This document shows, piece by piece, positions 19,369 through 29,276 of a stretch of DNA of 64,000 nt (position 1 is the first letter of the stretch; the number at the start of each line of letters is the position of its first letter). The DNA is taken from the UHGV virus genome UHGV-0010228. One strand, given 5' to 3'. The notes under the pieces were generated by a model, which was not told where the DNA came from, did no database searches, and saw only the letters and a program-made list of their open reading frames with translations. Source of the stretch: a virus. The position numbers were made by a program, and so were the translations under genes.

Positions 19369-20274
19369 TTATTCATCTTCATCTCTCACATACCATAATA
19401 AAGCTTTCATTAATGTATCAACATTTCTATCTACAACTTCATCCATTTTCTCAGGATCATCACAGAATTCCATATCGATTACATCTATCATATATCCAGC
19501 TTTATCGGCATAATGCAATAATAAAGCAAAATCATCTTCAGCATATCGCATCTCATCAAGCTTTGCATATTCCGGAGAATTTTCTATTGTATATTCCCCA
19601 AATGGAAGATACTTCCACATATTAGATACTATATTCATATACGAATCATTTGATTCATGCAGATCTTTATTCTCTTTAGTATCTAAGGTGTTTTTATCAT
19701 CTGGAAATCTTAAATAGAAATTCATCTGATATCCTGGAATATCTTTTAGCATACTTGGTTCAATAAGAATTTGGCTCCTTAAATATTCTATGAGATACAT
19801 ATAGATATTTTCAAGTTCATCCGGATTCTTTTGCTGCTCTATATAGAAGGAATTTACAATCTTAGCACCCTGATATAAGAAATTAGATAAAAATGATCTA
19901 TCATTAACCATATAGTGTGCAATTTTATAATCAGAAGATTCAACTCTAAGACGTCTATCTAAGACATATAATAATGAAGAAGTTATATAATCAAGTTCTG
20001 TTGGATCAGTATTATTTAATTCCCCATTAAGATATTGCTTAATCATTTTACCCATAGAAGATTCATAGTCAGGATAATGTTGATATATAGCAACATCTTC
20101 AATTCCTTTTTCTAAAATTGCATTTCTTATTTCATCAGGAAGTCTATCTATAATAGTTCTATTAGCAGCATTTAATCTTTCAACTATTCTCTTAGCAATA
20201 GTTGATTTACCAACACCATCTGCACCTTCGATATTAATTACAATATGTAATAATTCTTTTGATTCATTTTCCAT
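19369..20274 (-). CDS. tmk: thymidylate kinase-like dNMP kinase
   Basis: P-loop IEGADGVGKST resembling TMK IEGxxGxGKST; 301 aa with C-terminal extension. Confidence 0.7.
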   Translation of the reverse strand: MENESKELLHIVINIEGADGVGKSTIAKRIVERLNAANRTIIDRLPDEIRNAILEKGIEDVAIYQHYPDYESSMGKMIKQYLNGELNNTDPTELDYITSSLLYVLDRRLRVESSDYKIAHYMVNDRSFLSNFLYQGAKIVNSFYIEQQKNPDELENIYMYLIEYLRSQILIEPSMLKDIPGYQMNFYLRFPDDKNTLDTKENKDLHESNDSYMNIVSNMWKYLPFGEYTIENSPEYAKLDEMRYAEDDFALLLHYADKAGYMIDVIDMEFCDDPEKMDEVVDRNVDTLMKALLWYVRDEDE

Positions 20275-20279
20275 ATCAT

Positions 20280-21986
20280 CTATTCCTCTCCGCTCATTGA
20301 AGTTAATATATTTGTATCTTCTTTTTCAACAATCTCAATTTTTTCATATTTAAGATATTCCTTAAAAGGATCGTCTTTATATTTAGATTCGATCCAAGAA
20401 TCAAATGATTTCTTCTTGGTTTTCTTAGTTTCAACTTCAAATAAATACTGATTATGACACGGTTCACGATCTGGAGTAAAGTAGAATCTATCATATAATT
20501 TAGCAAATGGAACTAAACTTCCAGACATACCAACATCTGAATTTGATGATACATTTAAATCTAATATTCCAACCATAGATGGATGAAGATATCTATATTT
20601 AACAGATATTTTCTTATTGTTAGAATCACCAATAGACTGGAAGCCTTTTCCTGAATATGCGATATCCATTAAGAAATTCATATCATTTACAATATCATCA
20701 GTCTTAACTAAGTCATTTAAATTTCTCATACCACTAATAATAATATCGGAAGGGAAATTAAATAACTCCATTAAGGTATCCATTGTATTCATACGTGATT
20801 TACCACGTTTTTCAATGAATTTATTAATGTTTTCATTAATCTTCTTACCTAATGAAGATAATACGATATATTCATTACGTCTAATACGTTTATTGCACAT
20901 ATCAATATTTGAATGAGCTCTTAACTCTTCAAAATTAGTCATTATCCAATACATCAAATAATAGATATTCTGTTTATAATATAATGGTAATCTTAGATTA
21001 TTAATTGTAACTTGATCCAATAATCTTTCAATCATCAATAATGTGGTATAACCTTTTTCTCTGAAAGAAAGAATATTTTTATTTTTTGCAGTACCAACCA
21101 TTCCAATTCTGCAGATCCAATATTCTTTATCTTCAATATTATGAGAGCTTACTGGAAAATCTTTATTTCTAGTACTACAAAGCATAGTTACAAATGCTCT
21201 GACCATGTTATATTTTTCAAACATATCAGATTTTACTTTTACATATAATTCATCAAGCTGGAAAATCTCATATTTATCTAATTCAGATTCTTTATAATCT
21301 GAATCAATGAATACAATACCTTCCATATCAAAGAATTTTAGTGTGTTTGCTAATCCCATTTTAGAGCTATAAATTAATATTGGATTTATAAATCTTGGTT
21401 TACTTTTAGCGCCAGGTTTTCTAGTTTTAGTATTAAGTGCATATGAATAAGAAGGTGTAACGTGTGTAGTACCAGTTACATCTTCTATCATACGATTTTT
21501 ATTCTGATATATAACAATTGGCATCCTAGATTTGATAGTAGTTTTACCTCTTTGAGAATAGGTTGAAGCATCTAGTAACTGCCATATTGCTTTCATTTTC
21601 TTACCATTATTATAATAAAAACCATCAATCTCTATTGGGTATAATATATGCTTCTTAATAATTTTCTTATTAAGATTAGTCTCTACTTTTATTGTAAAGA
21701 TTATCTCTCCATAAAAATTATCATTCATATATTTAAATTTAGGAAATTCAAGATTTGATAGATCTTTCTTCTTATAATTGATATTTATTGTATGCATATT
21801 AATATCAACTTCATCAGGTCTATCAACCACTTCTATATTAAGAATTTCGATATTTTCTATAGCCTCTAATTCTTTCATTGAGGTGATTATGAAGTCTTCT
21901 AATGAATCATCCTGATTACCCACAATAATATCATCATTAAATTCTTCGGTGTATTTATTTGGATATAATCCTACATAGTCTATCAT
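20280..21986 (-). CDS. multisubunit RNA polymerase beta-subunit fragment (putative)
   Basis: KYRYLHPSMVGILDLNVSSNSDVGMSGSLVPF resembles beta motif [23 protein letters not shown]; start at ATG 21986 with RBS AAGGAGG (not longest ORF). Confidence 0.55.
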   Translation of the reverse strand: MIDYVGLYPNKYTEEFNDDIIVGNQDDSLEDFIITSMKELEAIENIEILNIEVVDRPDEVDINMHTININYKKKDLSNLEFPKFKYMNDNFYGEIIFTIKVETNLNKKIIKKHILYPIEIDGFYYNNGKKMKAIWQLLDASTYSQRGKTTIKSRMPIVIYQNKNRMIEDVTGTTHVTPSYSYALNTKTRKPGAKSKPRFINPILIYSSKMGLANTLKFFDMEGIVFIDSDYKESELDKYEIFQLDELYVKVKSDMFEKYNMVRAFVTMLCSTRNKDFPVSSHNIEDKEYWICRIGMVGTAKNKNILSFREKGYTTLLMIERLLDQVTINNLRLPLYYKQNIYYLMYWIMTNFEELRAHSNIDMCNKRIRRNEYIVLSSLGKKINENINKFIEKRGKSRMNTMDTLMELFNFPSDIIISGMRNLNDLVKTDDIVNDMNFLMDIAYSGKGFQSIGDSNNKKISVKYRYLHPSMVGILDLNVSSNSDVGMSGSLVPFAKLYDRFYFTPDREPCHNQYLFEVETKKTKKKSFDSWIESKYKDDPFKEYLKYEKIEIVEKEDTNILTSMSGEE

Positions 21987-22024
21987 TTTTGTGTGTACCT
22001 CCTTAAAATAATTATATAATTTTT

Positions 22025-22059
22025 GAGAGAGCCATAGCATAATACACTATGGCTCTCTC
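22025..22059. terminator. hairpin terminator (13-bp arms)
   Basis: gagagagccatag-cataatacac-tatggctctctc. Confidence 0.65.
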
Positions 22060-22068
22060 TTAATATAA

Positions 22069-22542
22069 TTAATAATTCATTTCAGTAATTGTTAAATACT
22101 GCTTATCATTATCAACGTCACACTTAATATCATGATTTACTATGTTTACAATGTCAAAATCAAATGTAATATTATCTAATGATATCTTAAACGAATATCT
22201 TCCACTAGGATATTCATTTATTTCTGCACTATCTAACTGATTTAGAAGTTCATGCTTTCCAATATTCAGTTTAAGTAGAGCAAATTTATATCCTAATAAG
22301 ATATCGAGCAATGATCCATTCGCAGTTTCATTAAATATATCAGTCTTAGCTAATTCATTTAAGACAACTTCAACTGCAGATAATTCATCTAATGTAAATA
22401 TATCAAAATGTAGATCTAATTTTAATTCTTCATTCGGATCTACCTTTGAGACTTCGTATGCCTTATACAAGCATACGAAGTCTAATTTCTTATTTTCTTT
22501 ACGAATTCTATCTTCAATAACTTCTCTTAATTCTTTACTCAT
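22069..22542 (-). CDS. hypothetical protein
   Basis: 157-aa ORF overlapping upstream stop (ATGA-type coupling). Confidence 0.5.
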   Translation of the reverse strand: MSKELREVIEDRIRKENKKLDFVCLYKAYEVSKVDPNEELKLDLHFDIFTLDELSAVEVVLNELAKTDIFNETANGSLLDILLGYKFALLKLNIGKHELLNQLDSAEINEYPSGRYSFKISLDNITFDFDIVNIVNHDIKCDVDNDKQYLTITEMNY

Positions 22543-23288
22543 TAGTATTCATCATCTCCCTCATATACAGCATCAAATTTAATTGTTAATTTAGCAACTA
22601 AACCTGGATTCATATTAATCACGATCTCACCCTGATCATTATATCTAGCATGAATTTCAATAACATCATTGAAATTGACTGTCTGCATAGTACCGTCAGG
22701 ATCATTCTTAAGGTCTATTACTAATTTCTTAAATAAATTCTCAAAGAATACATATGTTATTCCCAATACTGCATATTTATCCTTATCAGCTAACACGATT
22801 GAGAAATTCTGCGATAACGCATATCTTGCAAATGTATCTACATTCTCATAGAATTTATCAATATCTGGAAGTCCTGTAAGAAAATACTCACTTGCTGGCA
22901 TTAACTCATATTCTTTTTCATTTTCTGGGATATCAATATCATCAATTATCTTCTGAGCTCCACTTCCAGCTCCAAATACAATATTGATATTTCCTTCCTT
23001 TTCAGCTTTAGGAGTTTTTCTATACGAAACACTAAGACTGAATAAATTGAAGAAGTTAATTGCTTTAATATTATTATTAGCACTAGAATTAAATCCAAGT
23101 GCCGTAATAATACTTTCAATTACCTGATTAGCAATTGTATTACAACGCCAATCCATATTGGTCATAAGACCAAATCTAGCTTCTACATCACCTTTGGTCT
23201 TACGATCAACTGCTAACAGAAAATCTCTGTCTCTAGGCTCCTGTGGAACTACTAACACCTGCTGATTTGAAAAATCGAATGAATTCAT
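22542..23288 (-). CDS. hypothetical acidic protein (possibly sliding-clamp-like; speculative)
   Basis: 248 aa, acidic C-terminus, size/position reminiscent of phage clamp; no motif confirmed. Confidence 0.45.
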   Translation of the reverse strand: MNSFDFSNQQVLVVPQEPRDRDFLLAVDRKTKGDVEARFGLMTNMDWRCNTIANQVIESIITALGFNSSANNNIKAINFFNLFSLSVSYRKTPKAEKEGNINIVFGAGSGAQKIIDDIDIPENEKEYELMPASEYFLTGLPDIDKFYENVDTFARYALSQNFSIVLADKDKYAVLGITYVFFENLFKKLVIDLKNDPDGTMQTVNFNDVIEIHARYNDQGEIVINMNPGLVAKLTIKFDAVYEGDDEY

Positions 23289-23308
23289 TTTATTTCCTCC
23301 TTTATCAT

Positions 23309-23321
23309 GTGAATAATATAT
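23309..23321 (-). promoter_or_regulatory. promoter-like motif ATATATTATTC
   Basis: 21 nt upstream of ATG 23288, immediately after ligase stop. Confidence 0.5.
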
Positions 23322-23323
23322 GA

Positions 23324-25327
23324 TTATAATTTAGATAGTTCATTATAAAGCTTTTCAATATCATGAATATCAATAATTGAAACACCTTTACGAATTGCTG
23401 CTTTACATTTAGTTGAAGTTGTACTACCAGATGTAATAACTGCGAATGTACTACTTGTAACTGACTGACCAACATCTATTCCTATAGATTTAAACTTAGC
23501 CTCCCATTCAGGATTTCTAAATCCAGTAAATACAACACTTCCTTTATATGATGCATCATCTACGATATTCATATTATTAAGAAGAAACTCTATAAGATCT
23601 CTATTTTCATCTACAAAATCTGCAAAGACCATTGCAGTATTTGTTCCAATACCATCTGCCTGAACAGCTTTCTTTACAATCTTTTTATTACTCATATCCA
23701 TTAATTTATCTAATGATATAACTTCAAATATCTTTCTACATTTCTTCTCTTTTATTAATGTTATTCCTAAAGCTCCAAATAATTTTGAAGATGAAATCGG
23801 CTTATTCTTTATAGATTCTATCTGTGATAATATCTTACTTTCAGATTTATCACTAAATCCATCTAACCTAGCAATACTACCGGGTTCTATAAAGAATAGT
23901 GATTTAATATCATGAATTACTCCAGCTTTATATAATGTTTCTATTGATGTATCTGAGAAATCTACTATACCCATCTGATCGAGGAAGTTTGCAATTCTTC
24001 CTGTATTAACTCTAATGCAATCTGGATTTTTACATTTATATTCAGTTCCATATCGAGTTAATTTTTCTCCACAATAAGGACATATTTTAGGAATCTTTAG
24101 TTCATCTCTTCGATACATTTCATTTCTACTAGGAATTACCTTTGCCTGCGGAATTACATCGCCTGCAGAATATGCTATGATTTCTTCACCTTCATATAAA
24201 TTCATTGAAAGAAACTTATCATACGAACCTAATGAAATATCTGTAACTATAGTTTCATTAACCTCACATGGTTTAACTTTTAACATTGGAATTGCATTTC
24301 CTAATCTACCAACTGACATATATCCATATTCAATAGTTGTGATTGCTTCATTAGTATTGATCTTATATGCAACTGCTTCATCCATAAAATCATATTTATT
24401 AACCGGCATACCTTTTATTACTGGATAAATAACAATTCCATCTACACGATATTGAAATTGATGATCTTTATATTTAGTCATCATTTTTTCAATATCGTTC
24501 ATCATATCTCTCGGATGATAATAATCTCCGATTTTAGCATGTAATGGAATATATTTAATTCTATCATTATTGTAGTATAATAATGGAATCAATGTTAAAT
24601 ATCTTCCATAACTTACATTCTTAGGAGTTCCTATTATACCAGAGGTTGCAGATCTTCTATTAGCATAATTCTTATGTTTTATTAGTTTATTGAAATCATC
24701 AGTTGATACGACTATTTCACATTTATAGTATCCATCTAATAGTCCCTTATCAGTCATAAATTTTGATGCAATTTCTGGATCAAAAGATATTCTAGCTCTT
24801 CTAATTAATTCAGTTATATCCTGTCCTTTGATACCATCATACCTTGTTAATGCAAGATCGATCATTCCATCTTCAACTTTCATTCCACAAGATATTCCAT
24901 CGTATTTTGGTGCTAAGATATATTTTGTAATTGGTTTATTCTTATTAAAGAAATCTTTCAATTCATCATATTCATATATCTTAGATATAGAGCCGACTAA
25001 TCCTGGTTCTTCATGATCAACAAAATCCCACTGAGTTATGTCTAAGATATTATCCGGAAATATTATCATATCATTATTTCCATATGACATATACGATCTC
25101 ATGCACTCATCATAATTTCTATCGGGAATTAATACCTGACCAGTTTTACTAAACGCATAATAATCGAGGCAGAGAATTATGAAATCTTCTAATTCCATAA
25201 CTTTAAACTTTCTATTATTCATTATTCGTAATGAATAATTCAGAAAATCATCTTTATATTCATAAAGATCTTCTACGGTTATTTTTTTCTCAATTAAATT
25301 ATTTCTTAAACTTGAAAAATCTATCAT
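23324..25327 (-). CDS. ligA: NAD-dependent DNA ligase
   Basis: adenylation motif ILAPKYDGIS (KxDG), C4 zinc finger CPYCGEKL...CKNPDC, HhH/BRCT-length C-terminus; 667 aa. Confidence 0.85.
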   Translation of the reverse strand: MIDFSSLRNNLIEKKITVEDLYEYKDDFLNYSLRIMNNRKFKVMELEDFIILCLDYYAFSKTGQVLIPDRNYDECMRSYMSYGNNDMIIFPDNILDITQWDFVDHEEPGLVGSISKIYEYDELKDFFNKNKPITKYILAPKYDGISCGMKVEDGMIDLALTRYDGIKGQDITELIRRARISFDPEIASKFMTDKGLLDGYYKCEIVVSTDDFNKLIKHKNYANRRSATSGIIGTPKNVSYGRYLTLIPLLYYNNDRIKYIPLHAKIGDYYHPRDMMNDIEKMMTKYKDHQFQYRVDGIVIYPVIKGMPVNKYDFMDEAVAYKINTNEAITTIEYGYMSVGRLGNAIPMLKVKPCEVNETIVTDISLGSYDKFLSMNLYEGEEIIAYSAGDVIPQAKVIPSRNEMYRRDELKIPKICPYCGEKLTRYGTEYKCKNPDCIRVNTGRIANFLDQMGIVDFSDTSIETLYKAGVIHDIKSLFFIEPGSIARLDGFSDKSESKILSQIESIKNKPISSSKLFGALGITLIKEKKCRKIFEVISLDKLMDMSNKKIVKKAVQADGIGTNTAMVFADFVDENRDLIEFLLNNMNIVDDASYKGSVVFTGFRNPEWEAKFKSIGIDVGQSVTSSTFAVITSGSTTSTKCKAAIRKGVSIIDIHDIEKLYNELSKL

Positions 25328-25877
25328 ATATTTTCCTCCATATCGGTTTTCTCTTAAATGAATCTATCATACTATCCTTATTAGTTCCTATATCATATCT
25401 TCGCATATTTTCATAAAATATGCCCTGTTTATTTGGGTGATATGCTGGTTGTCTATACCATAATACTGGTATTTTATCACATAATTCTAACATTATCTTA
25501 TTATCTAATTCTACGAATAAATAATCATACTCTTTTGACAAGCTAAGGGCTTTAAGAAATGCATATCCATAACCCTGATTACGATATTCCTTACATATCT
25601 CGAAATCACATAGCATCTTATAATTCCCATGATATGTAAATGCACACGTTCCAATAACATTTTCAAGATCATCAATCAATACTCCTTCATAATGCATTAT
25701 GAAATCATTTAATACATATGAATATACTGCATATTTATATATGCATATTTTAGCAGCTAAATTTGGAATATTTGTCGTATAGTTATCAAGTTTAATTCCA
25801 TTTATTGGATTTGCATTCTCATAATTCAAACCAATCTTTTTGCAGTATTCATTTAATTTCATATTATGCCTCCTCAT
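25299..25877 (-). CDS. GNAT-family acetyltransferase (putative)
   Basis: motif A-like RNQGYGYAFLKAL; RBS GAGGAGG. Confidence 0.5.
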   Translation of the reverse strand: MRRHNMKLNEYCKKIGLNYENANPINGIKLDNYTTNIPNLAAKICIYKYAVYSYVLNDFIMHYEGVLIDDLENVIGTCAFTYHGNYKMLCDFEICKEYRNQGYGYAFLKALSLSKEYDYLFVELDNKIMLELCDKIPVLWYRQPAYHPNKQGIFYENMRRYDIGTNKDSMIDSFKRKPIWRKIYDRFFKFKK

Positions 25878-25897
25878 AACAACTTTAAAATAATAAT

Positions 25898-25930
25898 AGA
25901 GAAGAATTCATCATTATTGAATTCTTCTCT
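25898..25930. terminator. hairpin 13-bp perfect arms (contains EcoRI-like gaattc twice)
   Basis: agagaagaattca-tcattat-tgaattcttctct, between promoter motif and RBS. Confidence 0.55.
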
Positions 25931-25942
25931 TTAATAATATAT
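25930..25942 (-). promoter_or_regulatory. promoter-like motif ATATATTATTAAA
   Basis: 56 nt upstream of ATG 25877. Confidence 0.55.
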
Positions 25943-25963
25943 CAACTTGGATTAAATCATTTT

Positions 25964-26410
25964 TTACTTATATCCAGTTGACCCAAAACCGCCTCTATTA
26001 TTATTGCTGAGTTTTTCAACGATCTTAAACTTTGTGCGTGGCATCTTTTCAAGAATTTCGCACTGACAAATTCTTTCATCAAATGGGATTACTGTGTCCC
26101 TGAGGGCAAGAACTCCAAATTTTATAATATCACCATCACCACAATACGATTCGTCAATAACCCCACTACTAACCATAATAATTCCATATTTTTTATAAGT
26201 ACTACTTCTAGGATATAATTGCATTCTACATCCATTAGGAAGTCTTACCGATATTCCAAGTGATATTTCATAATAATCGCCCTTCTTAAGCACTAGATCA
26301 TGCTCAGCACAACGTAAGTCTATCATATCACCACGTCTAGTCTGCTCGATCGGTGTAATTCCTTCATGATACTTAATATCAACATAATATGTCTTATTGA
26401 TTGAACTCAT
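25964..26410 (-). CDS. dut: dUTP diphosphatase
   Basis: dUTPase motifs RSS..Y, GVIDESY, C-terminal RGGFGSTG; RBS AAGGAGG. Confidence 0.85.
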   Translation of the reverse strand: MSSINKTYYVDIKYHEGITPIEQTRRGDMIDLRCAEHDLVLKKGDYYEISLGISVRLPNGCRMQLYPRSSTYKKYGIIMVSSGVIDESYCGDGDIIKFGVLALRDTVIPFDERICQCEILEKMPRTKFKIVEKLSNNNRGGFGSTGYK

Positions 26411-26477
26411 TTTGTCCTCCTTATAACAAATAAAGTCTGTATTTAATTTATAAAAAAGTTAAATAAAATATAAAAAA

Positions 26478-26542
26478 GAAAACCATAATGGTTTTCTTTT
26501 TTTGTCTGTAATCGTAATTAATCAACAATTACGATTACAGAC
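26478..26542. terminator. tandem hairpins (7-bp with T-run; 16-bp arms)
   Basis: gaaaacc-ataat-ggttttc+T-run, and gtctgtaatcgtaatt-aatcaac-aattacgattacagac. Confidence 0.6.
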
Positions 26543-26595
26543 ATTCCGTCTCTTGACGTATCTCTTTTTTTCATGTTATCCACCTCCTGTTCACT

Positions 26596-26608
26596 TAAAT
26601 AATATATC
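26596..26608 (-). promoter_or_regulatory. promoter-like motif ATATATTATTTAA
   Basis: immediately after RNase H stop; 188 nt upstream of dut ATG with two hairpins between. Confidence 0.5.
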
Positions 26609-26614
26609 AATGTA

Positions 26615-27091
26615 TTATTTAAGTTTGACAGTCAGCATTGTGTTGTCAGGTACTTTACGTCCATAATTCGCATATTGATCTGCAAGCATATTTCCGGGTA
26701 TATTGGAATGACCTTTTACCCACTGAAAGGAAACATTCATTCCTGATGATTTATATTGATTAACTAATGCTTTATAACTTGCAGTAGCAGGTTTATTAGT
26801 CTTCCATTTTCCATTTACCCAAAATCCTAAACCATTATAATCATGATATATGATTATATTATTGAAGCTATTTTCTGCGCAATATTTAAGAGCAACTTCA
26901 ACAGCTTTAATTTCACCGCCAACATTCCACATGTCAACAAGCTCTTTATCAGTGACCTTACCATATATTACCCTTTCAGACCTTATTCCTTCTTTATCAG
27001 GAATATTACATTTTATAACTGCAGCATAACCACAGGTCTTATCTCTTCTAAGATAAGACCCATCAGTATATATTTCATAATCATAAGTCAT
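26615..27091 (-). CDS. rnhA: ribonuclease H
   Basis: YTDGSYLRRDKTCGYAAV and KGHSNIPGNMLADQYA RNase HI signatures; start at ATG 27091 with RBS AAGGAG (longest ORF uses TTG 27124). Confidence 0.8.
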   Translation of the reverse strand: MTYDYEIYTDGSYLRRDKTCGYAAVIKCNIPDKEGIRSERVIYGKVTDKELVDMWNVGGEIKAVEVALKYCAENSFNNIIIYHDYNGLGFWVNGKWKTNKPATASYKALVNQYKSSGMNVSFQWVKGHSNIPGNMLADQYANYGRKVPDNTMLTVKLK

Positions 27092-27111
27092 TTTTTTAAT
27101 AATCTCCTTAT

Positions 27112-28308
27112 TTAATAATACCAATATGATCTAGTTGGTTTATTGTATTGAATACATATGGATTTTTTAGCTCTGGTGATTCCAGTATACCTTAACCGTC
27201 TCATAAAATCTTCATCGCCAAAATATTCATCTATTAATAAAACTCTTGGATATTCGCTACCTTGTGATAAATGCACCGTTATTGCATATCCATATTCAAA
27301 TTTTTCATATTTACTCATTCCCCAATTCTTACGTGCTTCATGATTCGCCATAATATACTTTATATCCATTTTAACATCAGAAAAACATTCATCCATAAAA
27401 TCTGGTTCAAAGCAAATATTATAATATCCTCTACTAGCAGTGGATCTACTAATGTCAACAATATCTCCAATTAATCCATTGGTTAGATATATACCATTAA
27501 CAGAAGTGTCCCAATTATTCTGCCGGCAAATTATTTTATCACCCAATGATGGAGAATCAGATCTTCTACCAAGTATATCCTTTCTAATTGTATTATTTAT
27601 CTCGTCTCTAGTTTTATTTTTACCGCATATTATTTGATCAAAATCAGTTAATATTTTATCAGTAATTTCATACGATTCAACTACAGATGATAATCCATAA
27701 TCACCATATTCTATTGGTTCATCATGAAGCACCATCTGAGATAATCTAACTATCGGATCATCTTCTGCTTGACGCATTATTTTAGTTAAAGTAAAATCAG
27801 GATATTTCATTACTGATGAAATCCCAAATACTGGAGGAAGCTGATTCATATCTCCGATAAATACTATAGGAATATGGAATGACAATAGTTCTCTTACCAT
27901 TTCATCATTAACCATAGTTGCTTCATCAACAATTATTAATTTATAAGGATGCTCTAAAGCATCTTTTAATACGAATTCCATTTTATACTTCTTCTTTTCA
28001 TTACCATATTCATCAATAAGTATATCCTTAACCCTAGTTGGATAGTAAATTAATGAATGTATAGTCTTAGCTACAATTCCATGCTGTAGTAAATTTAATA
28101 CCGCCTTACCAACATAAGCACATGCAATATAATCATTGTTGATACTAGATAAACCTAATTGGTTTATAACTTCCTGTATTACTGATGTTTTCCCAGATCC
28201 CGCAGGACCGGAATAACTAAAATATGGTTTTTGTGATGTATCATACATAAACCAATGTTTTATTTTATCTATGAGCATTTCTTGCTCATCTGTATATACT
28301 AGATTCAT
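27112..28308 (-). CDS. dda: Dda/RecD-like SF1 DNA helicase
   Basis: Walker A GPAGSGKT, Walker B IIVDEATM, C-terminal ITVHLSQGSEY motif; RBS AAGGAGG. Confidence 0.8.
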   Translation of the reverse strand: MNLVYTDEQEMLIDKIKHWFMYDTSQKPYFSYSGPAGSGKTSVIQEVINQLGLSSINNDYIACAYVGKAVLNLLQHGIVAKTIHSLIYYPTRVKDILIDEYGNEKKKYKMEFVLKDALEHPYKLIIVDEATMVNDEMVRELLSFHIPIVFIGDMNQLPPVFGISSVMKYPDFTLTKIMRQAEDDPIVRLSQMVLHDEPIEYGDYGLSSVVESYEITDKILTDFDQIICGKNKTRDEINNTIRKDILGRRSDSPSLGDKIICRQNNWDTSVNGIYLTNGLIGDIVDISRSTASRGYYNICFEPDFMDECFSDVKMDIKYIMANHEARKNWGMSKYEKFEYGYAITVHLSQGSEYPRVLLIDEYFGDEDFMRRLRYTGITRAKKSICIQYNKPTRSYWYY

Positions 28309-28348
28309 AAAACCTCCTTACAATTATTTAAATTAGTCTAAAGAGAGG

Positions 28349-28759
28349 ATGATATATATGTCAGTTAATATTGAAAATACAAATTTAACAAAATGGGAAT
28401 TAAATGATACTGAAATAGCATATTATGTTAATTCTCCATATGGATCATCAAGTGGATCTCTCCCATTATATATACCAAAACTTATGCCAAACATATCAAT
28501 GGGTAAAGCTAGATCTACGAGAGTCAATTTAAATAAATCATGTTATTGCAATGATTCTGGATGTAAGCCACCAGTTTCTTCACAGTTATCATCCCAAAAC
28601 TACTTAACTATTAGTCCTCAGCAGAATAGATCATTCAGAGAACCACATTTTAGATATGGTGCTAAAATACAAATTGAAGTTCACAATCAAAACGATGATG
28701 AAATGTATATCACTACTAAAATTGATAATTCAACTACAGTTAAGAAGAAGAAAGGGTGA
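28349..28759 (+). CDS. hypothetical protein
   Basis: 136-aa ORF divergent from dda; alternative ATG at 28358. Confidence 0.45.
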   Translation: MIYMSVNIENTNLTKWELNDTEIAYYVNSPYGSSSGSLPLYIPKLMPNISMGKARSTRVNLNKSCYCNDSGCKPPVSSQLSSQNYLTISPQQNRSFREPHFRYGAKIQIEVHNQNDDEMYITTKIDNSTTVKKKKG

Positions 28760-28765
28760 TTTTAA

Positions 28766-29224
28766 ATGGCACAAAGCATAATGAATGCTGGTAAAGATAG
28801 TACAATTCAGATTTTTATCAATAGTTACTCCATAGATACTATGACTTTTAAGAAAATGTATATGCAAGAAGTTATGGAATTTAATTCTGGTAGAAAAATT
28901 ATTGTTAATTCAGAATCTTTAATTGATAGATATGTTAATGAACTTGCTGATTATAAAATGAAACTATCAATGACTGATGAAGAGAAACGAAAATATCGAT
29001 TCAACCCGAAATCACTATCATTTGATCTATATGGCACAACTGAATTGTGGAATTTATTATTACATGCAAATGAAATGTTTTCAGTCGCTGAATTTGAGAC
29101 TATGGATGATGACGTGTATGTATATTCGGGTAGTGTGCTTCAGTTTATAAATAAAGTTATAGATCTGGAAAAGAATTATGTTGACTACAATGAATCACTA
29201 AATCAGAAAATATTAGATAAATAA
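28766..29224 (+). CDS. hypothetical protein
   Basis: 152-aa ORF with RBS GAAAGGGTG. Confidence 0.5.
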   Translation: MAQSIMNAGKDSTIQIFINSYSIDTMTFKKMYMQEVMEFNSGRKIIVNSESLIDRYVNELADYKMKLSMTDEEKRKYRFNPKSLSFDLYGTTELWNLLLHANEMFSVAEFETMDDDVYVYSGSVLQFINKVIDLEKNYVDYNESLNQKILDK

Positions 29225-29230
29225 ATAAAG

Positions 29231-29267
29231 AAAGAAGATATATAGTTACATACTATATATCTTCTTT
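29231..29267. terminator. bidirectional hairpin terminator (16-bp arms)
   Basis: aaagaagatatatagt-tacat-actatatatcttcttt between convergent genes. Confidence 0.7.
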
Positions 29268-29276
29268 AATCTATAT

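Noticed and set aside
14590-21986. Identifying the phage as AR9/PBS1-like uracil-DNA phage
   Set aside because: It shares the split-RNAP architecture and low GC, but the presence of dut, thyA and tmk argues against dUMP-containing DNA.
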